Position numbers and translations under genes: made by a program. Positions 39,250 through 49,270 of a DNA stretch of 49,270 bases are shown in pieces (within the stretch, counting starts at the first letter, position 1; each line of letters begins with the position of its first letter). Source of the stretch: a virus (Duplodnaviria > Caudoviricetes); IMG/VR virus record IMGVR_UViG_3300032305_002440, positions 1 to 49,270 of that record. One strand, given 5' to 3'. Below the pieces are notes generated by a model, which did not search any database, was not told where the DNA came from, and saw nothing but the letters and a program-made list of their open reading frames with translations.

Positions 39250-42200
39250 TTATTTACTCTTAACATTGGCAGTAGTTAATGTCCATACTCCGTTCATGAA
39301 CGTAAACAGGCCCTTTTTTCCAGGTTCCGCATTGAACTCAAAAGGATCTTCATAGGTTATATTAGATGTTGGTATTGCCTCTCCGCTTTTTCTTCCTTGT
39401 ACATAAGACATTTCTATTGTTGCACTTTTTCCGTAGGTTATATTGCCTCCTACAACGAACGTTTGCTTACTAACTGGCTCATAAAATCCGCTATCTTTAT
39501 CATATCTACATAGAAGTTTCGCTCCTCTCGGGGCTGTATATCCTCCTCGGTCTTTAACAAATACTAATCTTCTGGAATCAGCAGGTAATTTTTCTGTTGA
39601 GTACTCTAAGTCATCTAGAAATCCTCTTGCTGGATAAGTCTCATCATAGTCCTTAGATCTTGTCAAATCCTCTTCTAGCGTAACATAAACCATTTTATAT
39701 ATAGTCATAGCATCAGAAGACTTTGTAGTCCATACTTGTCTATTCTCATCCCATCTAAGATCTATTGGCCCCACTTTCCATAAATTAGGATGTTCTGCCC
39801 AATTTCTATAGAACTCTTTAAGTTTTTTCTTTTCTGACCATTTGTTATTTTCCCAAATTTGAGTTTTGCTTATGATATCTCCCAGATTGGTTCCAGTAAA
39901 ACCTCCCTCAAGCTCCATATCGTTTTCAAGCTTACATTTATATACATTAGTATCATCAGTAATTTTAAATATACTATTGTTTTGTAGAGTAATAGACATA
40001 TTAGGAACTTTATAATAATAATTTTGTTCCCAGAGAGGAGTGCCACTCTGATATGCGTCTGCCGCATCTAATCCTGTAGCAGGTGCTAAAACAAATATGT
40101 CTTTATTTTTTAATTCTTTGAATTTTACTGCGGATGAACTCTCTATAGTATCTTTAAGATAAAATCTTTTTGGATTACCATCTTTATCAACTCTGTATGG
40201 CTCATCAGCAGCATTGGGTACCGGAAAACCTTCTAAATCATATCCCCATCCGTGATATACTATTGGTCCTCTAAGACCAAAAAATCTTTGGTTATTTAAT
40301 TGACTTTTTTTACTCGGGTCGGCATTTAATAAGTCTTTGTGAAAATAATCAGCATTATATCCGCTACCGTACTCAGTTCCATCATTATTTTGCATATTTC
40401 CATCTGATTTAATAAATTTACCCATATTACAACGAGTATTTATTCCCCATCCCTTTTGCGGAGGAGTTTCTCCATGAGCCACCACTTCGATACTGTGTCT
40501 GCACTTGTCGTTAGAATGTGCGTTATAGTTTCTGAATTCCCCGTACGGAACAACTATAGGTTGTAAGCTAACTAAATTAATTGCTATTTCTTGACCACTA
40601 CTAGAACCACTTGATGTCGCGGTACTGGAAGCGCTACTAACAGATGAGGATGATCCAAGTTCTGTAATAACATTAATATCTTTTCTATTAGTAACTATAT
40701 ATGGAGGTAGAATTTCTAGAGATTGTGCTGATGCTGTTGTTGTAGCAGTTGTTGCTAAGCCTGTTTTTTTATTTACACAATATGGACATTGATATGATAC
40801 TGAGCCCATCGCGGTAGCACTAGTATATACTTGTTCTTTAATTAGTCCTGTATTGTTACAATAAGGACACTCCTTTCTTTGATATTTTTGTAAGGGATAT
40901 GTACTATAAAATTTTGTAGGATAAAATGATACTGGTGAAAATATGCCATCTAAACTCATTGCAGACTTTAAAGAATATTCTGGAACCAAATCTGCTGGTA
41001 CTTCTCTCGATTGATACATTCCGACAAATGCTGACCACCTGTTATTTCTAATAGATGTTCTGGCACGATTCCCTGCCGCTACAAATTCTTTTTCTGCAAT
41101 ATCCGAAGAATTAAATAGCCCGGCTTCGGCTCCGTTTTCCCCAGGATCTGCACCATAAGGCATTGTTAATGCAAAAGGAGTAACGGATGTCCCTCCAGTA
41201 TTTTCCTCGTTTGATCCAGCTGCTCTTCTGGTGGTTCTCATCTGATCCCTAAGCGTAGAAAAATCTTCTTTTTTGCTTGCTGGCATAGGCAAGAATGAAA
41301 AAGCTCTACCGCACATAACTTCTGTGGGACTAGTTCCATATAGTCCAGATTTTAAATTTTTAGAACCATAAGCACCACTGCTATTTTTTATACTGTGTAA
41401 TCTTTCCTGTTTCTCTTTATTTATTCTGTTTGTTAGTTTGTTGGTCTGTGTGGCTAGATCTCTATTTCGTTTGATATTTGCTGCTGCAAACTGCCGTATT
41501 CTATTGGCATTTTCTTTATTAAAAAGACCTAGTTTTCTAGTATGTGTTCTAAAATTATATGTGGTCCTTACTTGCTGAGGACTAATACTACACTGAATAT
41601 TGCTAACAATAGGAGCAAAAGAATTTGCATAAGCAGCATCTAGCACTATCACATTATAGGATAAATTAGTTGTTGTCGTAGATCTAGAAGGAATATTCGG
41701 AGCAACCACAACCTCTCCTACAATTGGAATATTTTCTAAAGGATTAGTAGTTGTTTCATATCTTTTTTGCGAATAGGGTAAGTTGACCACTCTTGGTGTA
41801 AAAACTTGGTTATTAATTTTTATAGCACCAGCTGGTGTCTGCGAATCATTATATACAAATGGAGATCCTAAACCAAGAATAGGAAGTCCTATAGTATCTA
41901 TTCTCGCAGTTTCTGTAATTTGTTGATAACTACTATTTGCTTGTATTTCTCCAAGAACAACGCTATCTAGTAAAGATACTCCTCCATAATTCCATGGTAC
42001 ATAATCTTCTTGAACTTCTACTTTAACTCCACCAATGAGATTTTCTACAGCACGAGAGGCCGCTTCATCACCTGCTCCTGGAAATATATTATTCTTAATC
42101 AGTTCAGGATAATTAGTCCATGGTCCATATGTATATTGATTTGACTTAACTGGAATACCGGCAAAATATGGGTGTGCAGCTTTCGGAGCCAACATAGCAT

Positions 42201-45200
42201 GTTGAACACTGTTGGATGTTGTGTATCCACCAACTAATAGTGTATCATTTCCAATCATAGGACTCATGTAGTGAGCCATGAATCTGATAAAATTATTATC
42301 GTATTGTCCTTCTGGGACGTATTTAAGATATAATAGCAGATCTTCTATCGCTATATTAGAAACAACGGTCCTGTTAGGATCTGTTTGGTATGAATAACTA
42401 GTAGTAGCTAAATTCAGTCCACTCGATGTCGTTACCAAAACTCTAGGCTCTTCCATAGTAAGAGGTTTAAGATATATAATCTCTTCGCCAATAGAAGCCT
42501 TTAAGTATAATTTTTTAGAGTTACTTATCGGAGTTATACCAGATGTATACGGACCACGCAGTGCTACTGGAGAATCAACTACAACATAATCATCCGCACT
42601 TAATGAACTTAAATCTAGAGACAAGAAATAAAACTTGCTATCATCACAAGCCCCTGCTTTTGCCGCATCTACCAGTACTTTCATGTCATATCTGATAGAG
42701 CCATTTCTCCACCTATCTCCTCCTGCACCACCTGATCTCCCTTCATAATAAGCGGCTTGAGATATAACACTAAGTCCACATAATCCTCTAGAGACATAAT
42801 CAAAAGCATCAGAAGCATTATATCCTAATATTGGTCCAATTCTACCATCATCTTCGGACAACATATAATACTTTGGACTACCAACTAATATGGTATCGTC
42901 TATAATATTCCCAGGTTCTTCCCAAGCTCCTTCGCTTGTTGGCTCATAACTATATGATATTTTACCATTTCCCTTAAAAACAGAAATAGTTTGAGATCCA
43001 ACAGCTATTTGAAAATTACTATATTGGGAATCTCTATAAGCTACCATCTCTGGCACTCTGACCAAGTATTGTTTACCGTAATATGTAGACCCAATCTCTT
43101 GAATAAATCCTACTAAAGTATTTAAGTCTTTGACTAAATTAGGATTTAAGAATAAGTCAAAATTAATATCATTACTAGTAGGTTGTGGAGTAGCTGGTCC
43201 AGGAGCACCCACCTCGTTACTTATGTTGAATGCTTCGGACAACTTAGGAAATTTTAAAAATCCTTGATCTTCTTCTCCTACTCCGGTCATGGGAACTCCG
43301 CGACTAGAATAGGCTTGAGATAACATGAGTATAAGATCTGGCTTGAATATCTTGCCCATTCCGTAGGATAGGTAGGAGTCGATACCATCTCCCATGGCCG
43401 CGCGCATCTCTGTCTCAGTTATTATTAACTGATTATTTCTATATAAGGACGTTAATGGTACATTTAAATTTGTAGGTAAATCAGATAGGCTTAAAACGAA
43501 TACTATCTGTCCTGTCCAAGTGTCTAAATATACTGGTCTTACTATCCTAAAATCATTATTCCCTGTGGTGGAGGTATTGGCCGGGATGGTTTCGCTCATT
43601 TGGAAACCGAAAAATGGACATATTACGTCCTGAAATAGCGGAAAGAATCTCTTAAAAGTGGCTGTGCTTTGTCTTTTTACAGACTGTGTCTTGCCGTAAT
43701 TCCCAGACAGTGCTGGTCCAGATAAATTGCTATCGGCCCAGTCACTGTCAGAGGCATCAAATCCTAAGCCAGTAATATTTTGCTTAACGGTTTCATCTGT
43801 ATCAAAAAAATCTGTGAATGCAGAACCATTAACATTATTAGAAAGGGTTGTATTACGAGTAGAAAAGCCACAAGGGGCTCTAATCTTTCCAAAATCATAA
43901 GAAGTAAAATCTACAAATATTTTACTAACAGGATTCCATACATAATTAGCTCTTGCGAAACCTAGTCTATAGCTTTTTGCTTGATATAGTCTTTGTTGTT
44001 TGCCTCCCATATACAAAACTCTGGGAGAACTATCACTTTTTTCCTTACCAATATTAGCAGCAGACATAGGGAATCCATTATTCGCAAAACTTCTAATTGT
44101 TCCTTCAATTTGTCCTGCTGCTGGTTGCATTCTTCTATTTACTGTTCTTAATTTGATAATATTACATGGCTTATTGTTGTATGGCACTACTAACATATCA
44201 AAATAAAAATCAACACCGGTAGCTTCGCATACCTGAGATATAAAGTCCATAATGCTCAATACATTATCATTAATGCGATAATCATTAGGAGGTATTGGTA
44301 TTTCAGAAAGATCTAAAGAAAAAAAGGTTCTCTCTATACCATCAGTATCTGTTACTGGAGGTATCAAACCCATGGTATAGGCATGACTAGTGCTCATTCT
44401 GGTATAAGTTCTATTTGCTTGCGTTGTTTTTAGAACTATGCGACCGAATGGAGAAAAAGCTCTTTTCTGTTCTTGCATTAATGGTTGTGCAGGATCTGTC
44501 GTTGTGCTATTTGCGGATGTTAAAACTGACAGTGCATCTATTACAGATTTGGCACTAATTCCATTTTCATTTCTATAAGAAGCGCCGAAGCTGCCAAAAC
44601 CCATAGACTCCAAAAACCCATAAACATTAAATACATTAGCTAAATTACCCTCAGTAATTTTCCCATTATAAATTAACCCAGAACCAGTATAGTTCTTGGG
44701 TCCTCCATATGTTGCTCCAGTGAATTTAGAAAAAATAGATCCAGCATATCCTCCAAGAATTATGTATGAACTACTTAATAACGAGTCTATACTTTCTATA
44801 TTTACTTTGTATGTTAATCCACCATTTCCTATTTCTTGCTCCCATGATTGAACTATTCCACTAAAAGTAAATTCTCCTATTTTAAAGAATACTGGAGTAT
44901 TTATAATGTCCATACCCACAGATCTGCTATATGAATTAACATCATAGGTTCCGTCGATACTAATAGCGCTTTTGGTTCCAAAAAAACCAGGATCTTGATT
45001 TCTCCAGTATCTAGAAACGAAACCGTTATTTGTCCAGGCATAGTAGACCTTTCCAGGAACTACTCGTTCTTGAGACGGAGGAGTACCATTAGGGTTAAAT
45101 GCATTTCCGTTTTCGTCCATATAGCAAGCTGTATCACTAGTGCAGGTGTGATAATGGTTGTCAGCATCAAAAGAACCGCCATTAACAACTATAGGATTTA

Positions 45201-45384
45201 CTAAGGCCCCGTTTGGCATTGGTCTTCTGCAAAAAACAGGATTACCATCTTCAATAAGAGTAACACTAAGCTGAGAAGATTGTCCGCCCCAGCCCATATT
45301 TACGCTAAAGTCTGCAACGCTAGCTCCAAGAAATAGCGTTTGTGCTGGAATAAATGTTTTGGAATTTGTACATGATGTGGCCAT
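39250..45384 (-). CDS. very large probable tail/baseplate protein (2044 aa)
   Basis: Uninterrupted ORF in the structural cluster; beta-rich N-terminus; internal CPYC...CPYC. Confidence 0.6.
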   Translation of the reverse strand: MATSCTNSKTFIPAQTLFLGASVADFSVNMGWGGQSSQLSVTLIEDGNPVFCRRPMPNGALVNPIVVNGGSFDADNHYHTCTSDTACYMDENGNAFNPNGTPPSQERVVPGKVYYAWTNNGFVSRYWRNQDPGFFGTKSAISIDGTYDVNSYSRSVGMDIINTPVFFKIGEFTFSGIVQSWEQEIGNGGLTYKVNIESIDSLLSSSYIILGGYAGSIFSKFTGATYGGPKNYTGSGLIYNGKITEGNLANVFNVYGFLESMGFGSFGASYRNENGISAKSVIDALSVLTSANSTTTDPAQPLMQEQKRAFSPFGRIVLKTTQANRTYTRMSTSHAYTMGLIPPVTDTDGIERTFFSLDLSEIPIPPNDYRINDNVLSIMDFISQVCEATGVDFYFDMLVVPYNNKPCNIIKLRTVNRRMQPAAGQIEGTIRSFANNGFPMSAANIGKEKSDSSPRVLYMGGKQQRLYQAKSYRLGFARANYVWNPVSKIFVDFTSYDFGKIRAPCGFSTRNTTLSNNVNGSAFTDFFDTDETVKQNITGLGFDASDSDWADSNLSGPALSGNYGKTQSVKRQSTATFKRFFPLFQDVICPFFGFQMSETIPANTSTTGNNDFRIVRPVYLDTWTGQIVFVLSLSDLPTNLNVPLTSLYRNNQLIITETEMRAAMGDGIDSYLSYGMGKIFKPDLILMLSQAYSSRGVPMTGVGEEDQGFLKFPKLSEAFNISNEVGAPGPATPQPTSNDINFDLFLNPNLVKDLNTLVGFIQEIGSTYYGKQYLVRVPEMVAYRDSQYSNFQIAVGSQTISVFKGNGKISYSYEPTSEGAWEEPGNIIDDTILVGSPKYYMLSEDDGRIGPILGYNASDAFDYVSRGLCGLSVISQAAYYEGRSGGAGGDRWRNGSIRYDMKVLVDAAKAGACDDSKFYFLSLDLSSLSADDYVVVDSPVALRGPYTSGITPISNSKKLYLKASIGEEIIYLKPLTMEEPRVLVTTSSGLNLATTSYSYQTDPNRTVVSNIAIEDLLLYLKYVPEGQYDNNFIRFMAHYMSPMIGNDTLLVGGYTTSNSVQHAMLAPKAAHPYFAGIPVKSNQYTYGPWTNYPELIKNNIFPGAGDEAASRAVENLIGGVKVEVQEDYVPWNYGGVSLLDSVVLGEIQANSSYQQITETARIDTIGLPILGLGSPFVYNDSQTPAGAIKINNQVFTPRVVNLPYSQKRYETTTNPLENIPIVGEVVVAPNIPSRSTTTTNLSYNVIVLDAAYANSFAPIVSNIQCSISPQQVRTTYNFRTHTRKLGLFNKENANRIRQFAAANIKRNRDLATQTNKLTNRINKEKQERLHSIKNSSGAYGSKNLKSGLYGTSPTEVMCGRAFSFLPMPASKKEDFSTLRDQMRTTRRAAGSNEENTGGTSVTPFALTMPYGADPGENGAEAGLFNSSDIAEKEFVAAGNRARTSIRNNRWSAFVGMYQSREVPADLVPEYSLKSAMSLDGIFSPVSFYPTKFYSTYPLQKYQRKECPYCNNTGLIKEQVYTSATAMGSVSYQCPYCVNKKTGLATTATTTASAQSLEILPPYIVTNRKDINVITELGSSSSVSSASSTATSSGSSSGQEIAINLVSLQPIVVPYGEFRNYNAHSNDKCRHSIEVVAHGETPPQKGWGINTRCNMGKFIKSDGNMQNNDGTEYGSGYNADYFHKDLLNADPSKKSQLNNQRFFGLRGPIVYHGWGYDLEGFPVPNAADEPYRVDKDGNPKRFYLKDTIESSSAVKFKELKNKDIFVLAPATGLDAADAYQSGTPLWEQNYYYKVPNMSITLQNNSIFKITDDTNVYKCKLENDMELEGGFTGTNLGDIISKTQIWENNKWSEKKKLKEFYRNWAEHPNLWKVGPIDLRWDENRQVWTTKSSDAMTIYKMVYVTLEEDLTRSKDYDETYPARGFLDDLEYSTEKLPADSRRLVFVKDRGGYTAPRGAKLLCRYDKDSGFYEPVSKQTFVVGGNITYGKSATIEMSYVQGRKSGEAIPTSNITYEDPFEFNAEPGKKGLFTFMNGVWTLTTANVKSK

Positions 45385-45385
45385 A

Positions 45386-47383
45386 TTAATGATCTAGATA
45401 AAATTTATCAGTCGAGCATTGTTGATATACCCAACTGACCGATCTAGAGTATCTTCCTTCTGTTGGATTCCATGAATGATTGTCCTGAGATAAATATACT
45501 TGTCCTGGCATTTGTCCTCTACTTATGTTTCCAAAATATGCGCTACCTCTGGCACCAAATGGCTTAAGTCCGTCTACGATTCCTTGTATATGACTATACA
45601 CCGAACCACCCGTCCATAAAGGACATTGATTATTGCTCATTATTAGACCGGCTATAGAGGATGGCGGCAAAACAACAACTTCTACAGTCAAGTCTTTTCT
45701 TGTGGAGGTTTTTGTTCCTAATGACTGAATAATTGGACCTAATTGACGACCAATAACAAAAGCCTCACTAAATACGTCTGTGGGGCCTGTTTCAGTCATT
45801 GATATATTTTCTGATATTACTCCAGTTATCATATTAAACTTATTATTAAATTCATAACTATAACTGATTGTTCCTTTTCTCGGGTCATGTCCTTCTGTTG
45901 TTGTTGTCGGAATAGTATTTAGCAATGCTTCATGGCAATACATTGGGTTGTTGGGTGGTGGAGCTGGATTTGTGGCTGGACTAATATAGTTTTGATTTCT
46001 ATCATGCCTATTATTATAAACCGCTAAAGATGCTCTGCGATATAGATATGGTTTGATATCAAATATCCATCCGCTACTAGCATTTTGATAAGGATTTTCG
46101 TAAAAAGTACTCTGAGACCCAGCGCTAGTTGGATTTAGATCTAATATATTCCCTGCTCCAGGAAGAGCCCCGCTTGCTCGTCCAGAATTTGGAACAATAT
46201 TCAAGTAGCCAGCACCAGTCGGTGGCAGTCCAACACCTCCACTGCCTTTCATAACCTCAAAAGATGATATATATAATCCTTTAATACTTCCTTGTACTCT
46301 TACTGTTTTAACATATTTTTCGTCTGTAGAAGATTCAACGCTATAATCCTCTACGTATTTAATTCCTGTTGGCATGGCTAGCCATGTATCGTTAATTTCG
46401 TAAGATCCGTCTGTTATACTAAAATTAATACTTCTAACATGATTATACAAAAAAGTATCTTTAAAATTACCTATAGCAGGAGTAGTCATAATGTGTACTA
46501 GACCGCTAGTTCCAGAGGTATTACTACCAACCTTAGTTCCTTCAAAAGTATATTCTAGTCTAGACTCAACCCATTTACGAGCTTCCATATAAGCTCTATT
46601 ACCACCTCCGCTAACACATGTGATATTTGCTGATGATGCAGGTTCCGACTTTGGTACTCCTACAGCAGACAACCTTCTAGATATTCTATATTGTGGAATA
46701 TTAATTACTTTGAGTGATGTACTACTTCCGACTCCCCCTAAATTACCACCTCCTCCACCAGCCCCTCCTCCTGGAATGGGAGTAGGTTTTAATTGAGGGT
46801 TGTGGTGTTCTGTTTTTGTATTAACAGCATCCGTAAATGAACTATGAACATAGTCATCAATTGGTTCTATTGACCAAGAATCACTAGTATTTTGTACAGC
46901 AATTCCTCCAGATACTGCTGGCTCGTAATATTCCATTGTGATAGTATAATCTGCACTAAATACCCAATTATCTTCTGATTTATTTATTGAGATATCTTTA
47001 ACCATAACGCCAGATACATTAAGCATATCTGTGTTGTCGCATCTAACTATCAAATGTCCGGTTGAGCATTTACTAAATAATGATTGCAAACCTGTTATAG
47101 CAGTCATAACAGTTTGAATACCACTAGTTGGAGGAGGAGTAATATCTGGTCTAATAATCTTACCAGTAAGAGTAATAGTATTAAGAATATTCTCTATTTC
47201 TCCGCCAGCTGTTCTATTGAAAGATTTAGAGATGTCCACAAAAGGAACTGGGCCAGAAATAGTGTGAAGACCAGACCCATTAAACAGAATACTAACTGGC
47301 CTAGTAGTATTAGCCGGAAGTATCTGAGCAGAAAAATCCGGTTGCTCACTTATTTTATCAACAAGATTTAAAGAATATGGCAT
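45386..47383 (-). CDS. probable virion structural protein (665 aa)
   Basis: GAGGA RBS; repeated beta-strand motifs (ITLTGKI, VRVQGSI, ISYSYEF). Confidence 0.6.
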   Translation of the reverse strand: MPYSLNLVDKISEQPDFSAQILPANTTRPVSILFNGSGLHTISGPVPFVDISKSFNRTAGGEIENILNTITLTGKIIRPDITPPPTSGIQTVMTAITGLQSLFSKCSTGHLIVRCDNTDMLNVSGVMVKDISINKSEDNWVFSADYTITMEYYEPAVSGGIAVQNTSDSWSIEPIDDYVHSSFTDAVNTKTEHHNPQLKPTPIPGGGAGGGGGNLGGVGSSTSLKVINIPQYRISRRLSAVGVPKSEPASSANITCVSGGGNRAYMEARKWVESRLEYTFEGTKVGSNTSGTSGLVHIMTTPAIGNFKDTFLYNHVRSINFSITDGSYEINDTWLAMPTGIKYVEDYSVESSTDEKYVKTVRVQGSIKGLYISSFEVMKGSGGVGLPPTGAGYLNIVPNSGRASGALPGAGNILDLNPTSAGSQSTFYENPYQNASSGWIFDIKPYLYRRASLAVYNNRHDRNQNYISPATNPAPPPNNPMYCHEALLNTIPTTTTEGHDPRKGTISYSYEFNNKFNMITGVISENISMTETGPTDVFSEAFVIGRQLGPIIQSLGTKTSTRKDLTVEVVVLPPSSIAGLIMSNNQCPLWTGGSVYSHIQGIVDGLKPFGARGSAYFGNISRGQMPGQVYLSQDNHSWNPTEGRYSRSVSWVYQQCSTDKFYLDH

Positions 47384-47415
47384 TTATATCCTCTTAGTAT
47401 ATTCCTTAAATTGTA

Positions 47416-47676
47416 TTAGTCAAATATAAACTGATAATAAAAAGATAGAGTTAACTCTTTTGACTTTGCTACAAAGCTGTAACTTTCTGGGAAAATAGTA
47501 TGTTCTATATTTGGATCGTTAATAGCAGAAGTAAATACTGTGTACTTTTTCCCTAATGTTAATCCGGAAACTTGAACTAGTAATTTACGAGGACATTGAC
47601 AAGAAGCATTTGGTAAATTAATAATATTTCCCGCAGGAAAGGATATTCTAAGGTCTTGGTCTTGTATTAGTGTCAT
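47416..47676 (-). CDS. small hypothetical protein
   Basis: 86-aa ORF co-oriented with the structural genes. Confidence 0.55.
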   Translation of the reverse strand: MTLIQDQDLRISFPAGNIINLPNASCQCPRKLLVQVSGLTLGKKYTVFTSAINDPNIEHTIFPESYSFVAKSKELTLSFYYQFIFD

Positions 47677-47737
47677 AGATATATGCCTGATATTATATTC
47701 GTTAAATTAAATAGTTTTGATATCATCTTATTGTCTC

Positions 47738-49270
47738 CTATACAGCCCATACACTAACATTTTCGAAAGATGTTAGAAAGTTGTCTGAATTTATAGTAAT
47801 TACATCTCCTATCGCTACAGGAAAAGATCTCGTTACTGTACCACCATCAATCCACTCTCCTTGAAGAATATTATTCTTTCTTATATAAGCAACATTATTA
47901 CCCAGTTGATCATCGTGGTAAGTAAGTGTAACAGAAGCAATTCCATCATCTATTGCTGTGAAGGTGTACTTGCCCATTAGACCATCGGCATCATTATTAG
48001 ATACACGAGCTGCACGGAAAAATGGAGATGCCGCAGTACCACGTCCTGTGAATGTGCTAGGTCCATTTGGGCGAAACACTGTTAGTTTGGGTATTGCTAG
48101 TGCTGGAATAACACTGTTACTAGCTGCTGTATACAATCCTATGACATTAGATCTCATAGCAGCAACTCTAAAAACATATGTTGTTCCGTTTATCAATCCG
48201 TTAACCGTATGATTAGTAGCTGTTGATGGTGTTCTATTAGATGTTGTCCAAGTTAATCCGTTGTTACTACTGTATTGCACAGAGTAGTTTGTAGCCGAAC
48301 TTACTCCAATGGCGGGAGCTGTCCAAGTTAGAAGAGCCAGACCGTCTCCAGATATTGCAGTAAGTGCTGTTGGCGGGAATATGGTGCCATCAGAAGCTGT
48401 TGGAGTATTAGTTGTTGTGCGTGTTACGGTTTGGGTATTCGTTGGCGTTATGGTTGGAGTTGCTGTCGGTGTTGAAGTAACTGTTCTGGTGGGGGTGCTC
48501 GTGGCGCATGTGCTAGTTTCACATCTTGAGAGTATGTTCTGTATATTCTGATAGTTATATTCACTACTAATAGATGTTGGAATTAAGTAAGCTCTAATAT
48601 TAGTAAGTACTGGAGATCCTCCGGCACTGGATATTATAACCTTTTGATTCTTATTTAAATTCATACTCATCGATGATAGGTCTGGTGATGCTAAAGCATT
48701 GCCGTCAACAGATACTGATAGCGTTCCTTCAGACAAAACAGCGGATGAAAATGTGAATGTTCCATTAGTATTCGCTGTAAACTCTATGCGGTTATTACTA
48801 AATGAATGAGAAGACTTAGAATAAGGAATAAATGATGTTCCAGCCCCTGCCATATTCTGATTGTTAAGTAGTGGTACATAAACTGTTTCAGATACTATAT
48901 TGATAACATCTACGGTATCAGAAACAACAATTCCATTGACTACAAATTTCTTACCTGTGGGCTTCTGGACTATAACCCCAATATCTTGATAGTTTTTGGA
49001 TGCTTTATATAGCATATTTGCTGGGCTAATCTTAACTTCATTATCATAACCATAAATACTAAATCTAGAATAGTAATATTCGTCTAATAGTAAGTTTGTT
49101 TCTTTAATAACTATAGGATACTGCTTTAGAATAATAGGAGTATTAGATGGTGTAACAGTATTGGTCGGTGTTACACTACTTGTCGGAGTTAATGATGGAG
49201 TAACAGATACAGATACTGATGGAGTTGGCGTTAAACTACTTGTTAGAGTAACAGTATTTGTTGGTGTTAC
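47738..49270 (-). CDS. Thr/Pro-rich, fibronectin type III domain protein, 5' end outside the window
   Basis: Frame stays open for 85 codons upstream of ATG 49015 to the window edge (VTPTNTVT...); Fn3 motif PPTALTA...LTWTAP...YSVQYS...GLINGTTYVFRVAA. Confidence 0.8.
   Translation of the reverse strand, partial: VTPTNTVTLTSSLTPTPSVSVSVTPSLTPTSSVTPTNTVTPSNTPIILKQYPIVIKETNLLLDEYYYSRFSIYGYDNEVKISPANMLYKASKNYQDIGVIVQKPTGKKFVVNGIVVSDTVDVINIVSETVYVPLLNNQNMAGAGTSFIPYSKSSHSFSNNRIEFTANTNGTFTFSSAVLSEGTLSVSVDGNALASPDLSSMSMNLNKNQKVIISSAGGSPVLTNIRAYLIPTSISSEYNYQNIQNILSRCETSTCATSTPTRTVTSTPTATPTITPTNTQTVTRTTTNTPTASDGTIFPPTALTAISGDGLALLTWTAPAIGVSSATNYSVQYSSNNGLTWTTSNRTPSTATNHTVNGLINGTTYVFRVAAMRSNVIGLYTAASNSVIPALAIPKLTVFRPNGPSTFTGRGTAASPFFRAARVSNNDADGLMGKYTFTAIDDGIASVTLTYHDDQLGNNVAYIRKNNILQGEWIDGGTVTRSFPVAIGDVITINSDNFLTSFENVSVWAV

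Overview
AT-rich segment of a large tailed dsDNA phage genome, standard genetic code, with clear Shine-Dalgarno sites. No rRNA, tRNA or CRISPR array was seen. The + strand (1-30349) carries, in order: a membrane/putative lysis cluster with a papain-like peptidase; nucleotide metabolism genes (dCMP deaminase, class II ribonucleotide reductase, PhoH); an HNH nuclease; a bacterial-style replication/recombination module (RecA, DnaB, DnaG, dNMP kinase, Cas4-like nuclease, DnaE split into two genes around a DnaQ-like exonuclease, SSB with its own promoter and terminator); a run of glycosyltransferase/nucleotidyltransferase-like genes; and a Rad52-like protein. The - strand (30352-49270) carries very large probable virion genes and Thr/Pro-rich proteins. 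The top finding is in the N-terminal dnaE gene. Its PHP motif (LHVHS|HYSLLDG) is interrupted by 10 nt that begin with a TAG stop, lie between matched Ser codons (TCT...TCC) and sit inside a 16-bp hairpin. This suggests programmed ribosomal bypassing controls the replicative polymerase. All protein calls come from motif recognition by eye, not database searches.
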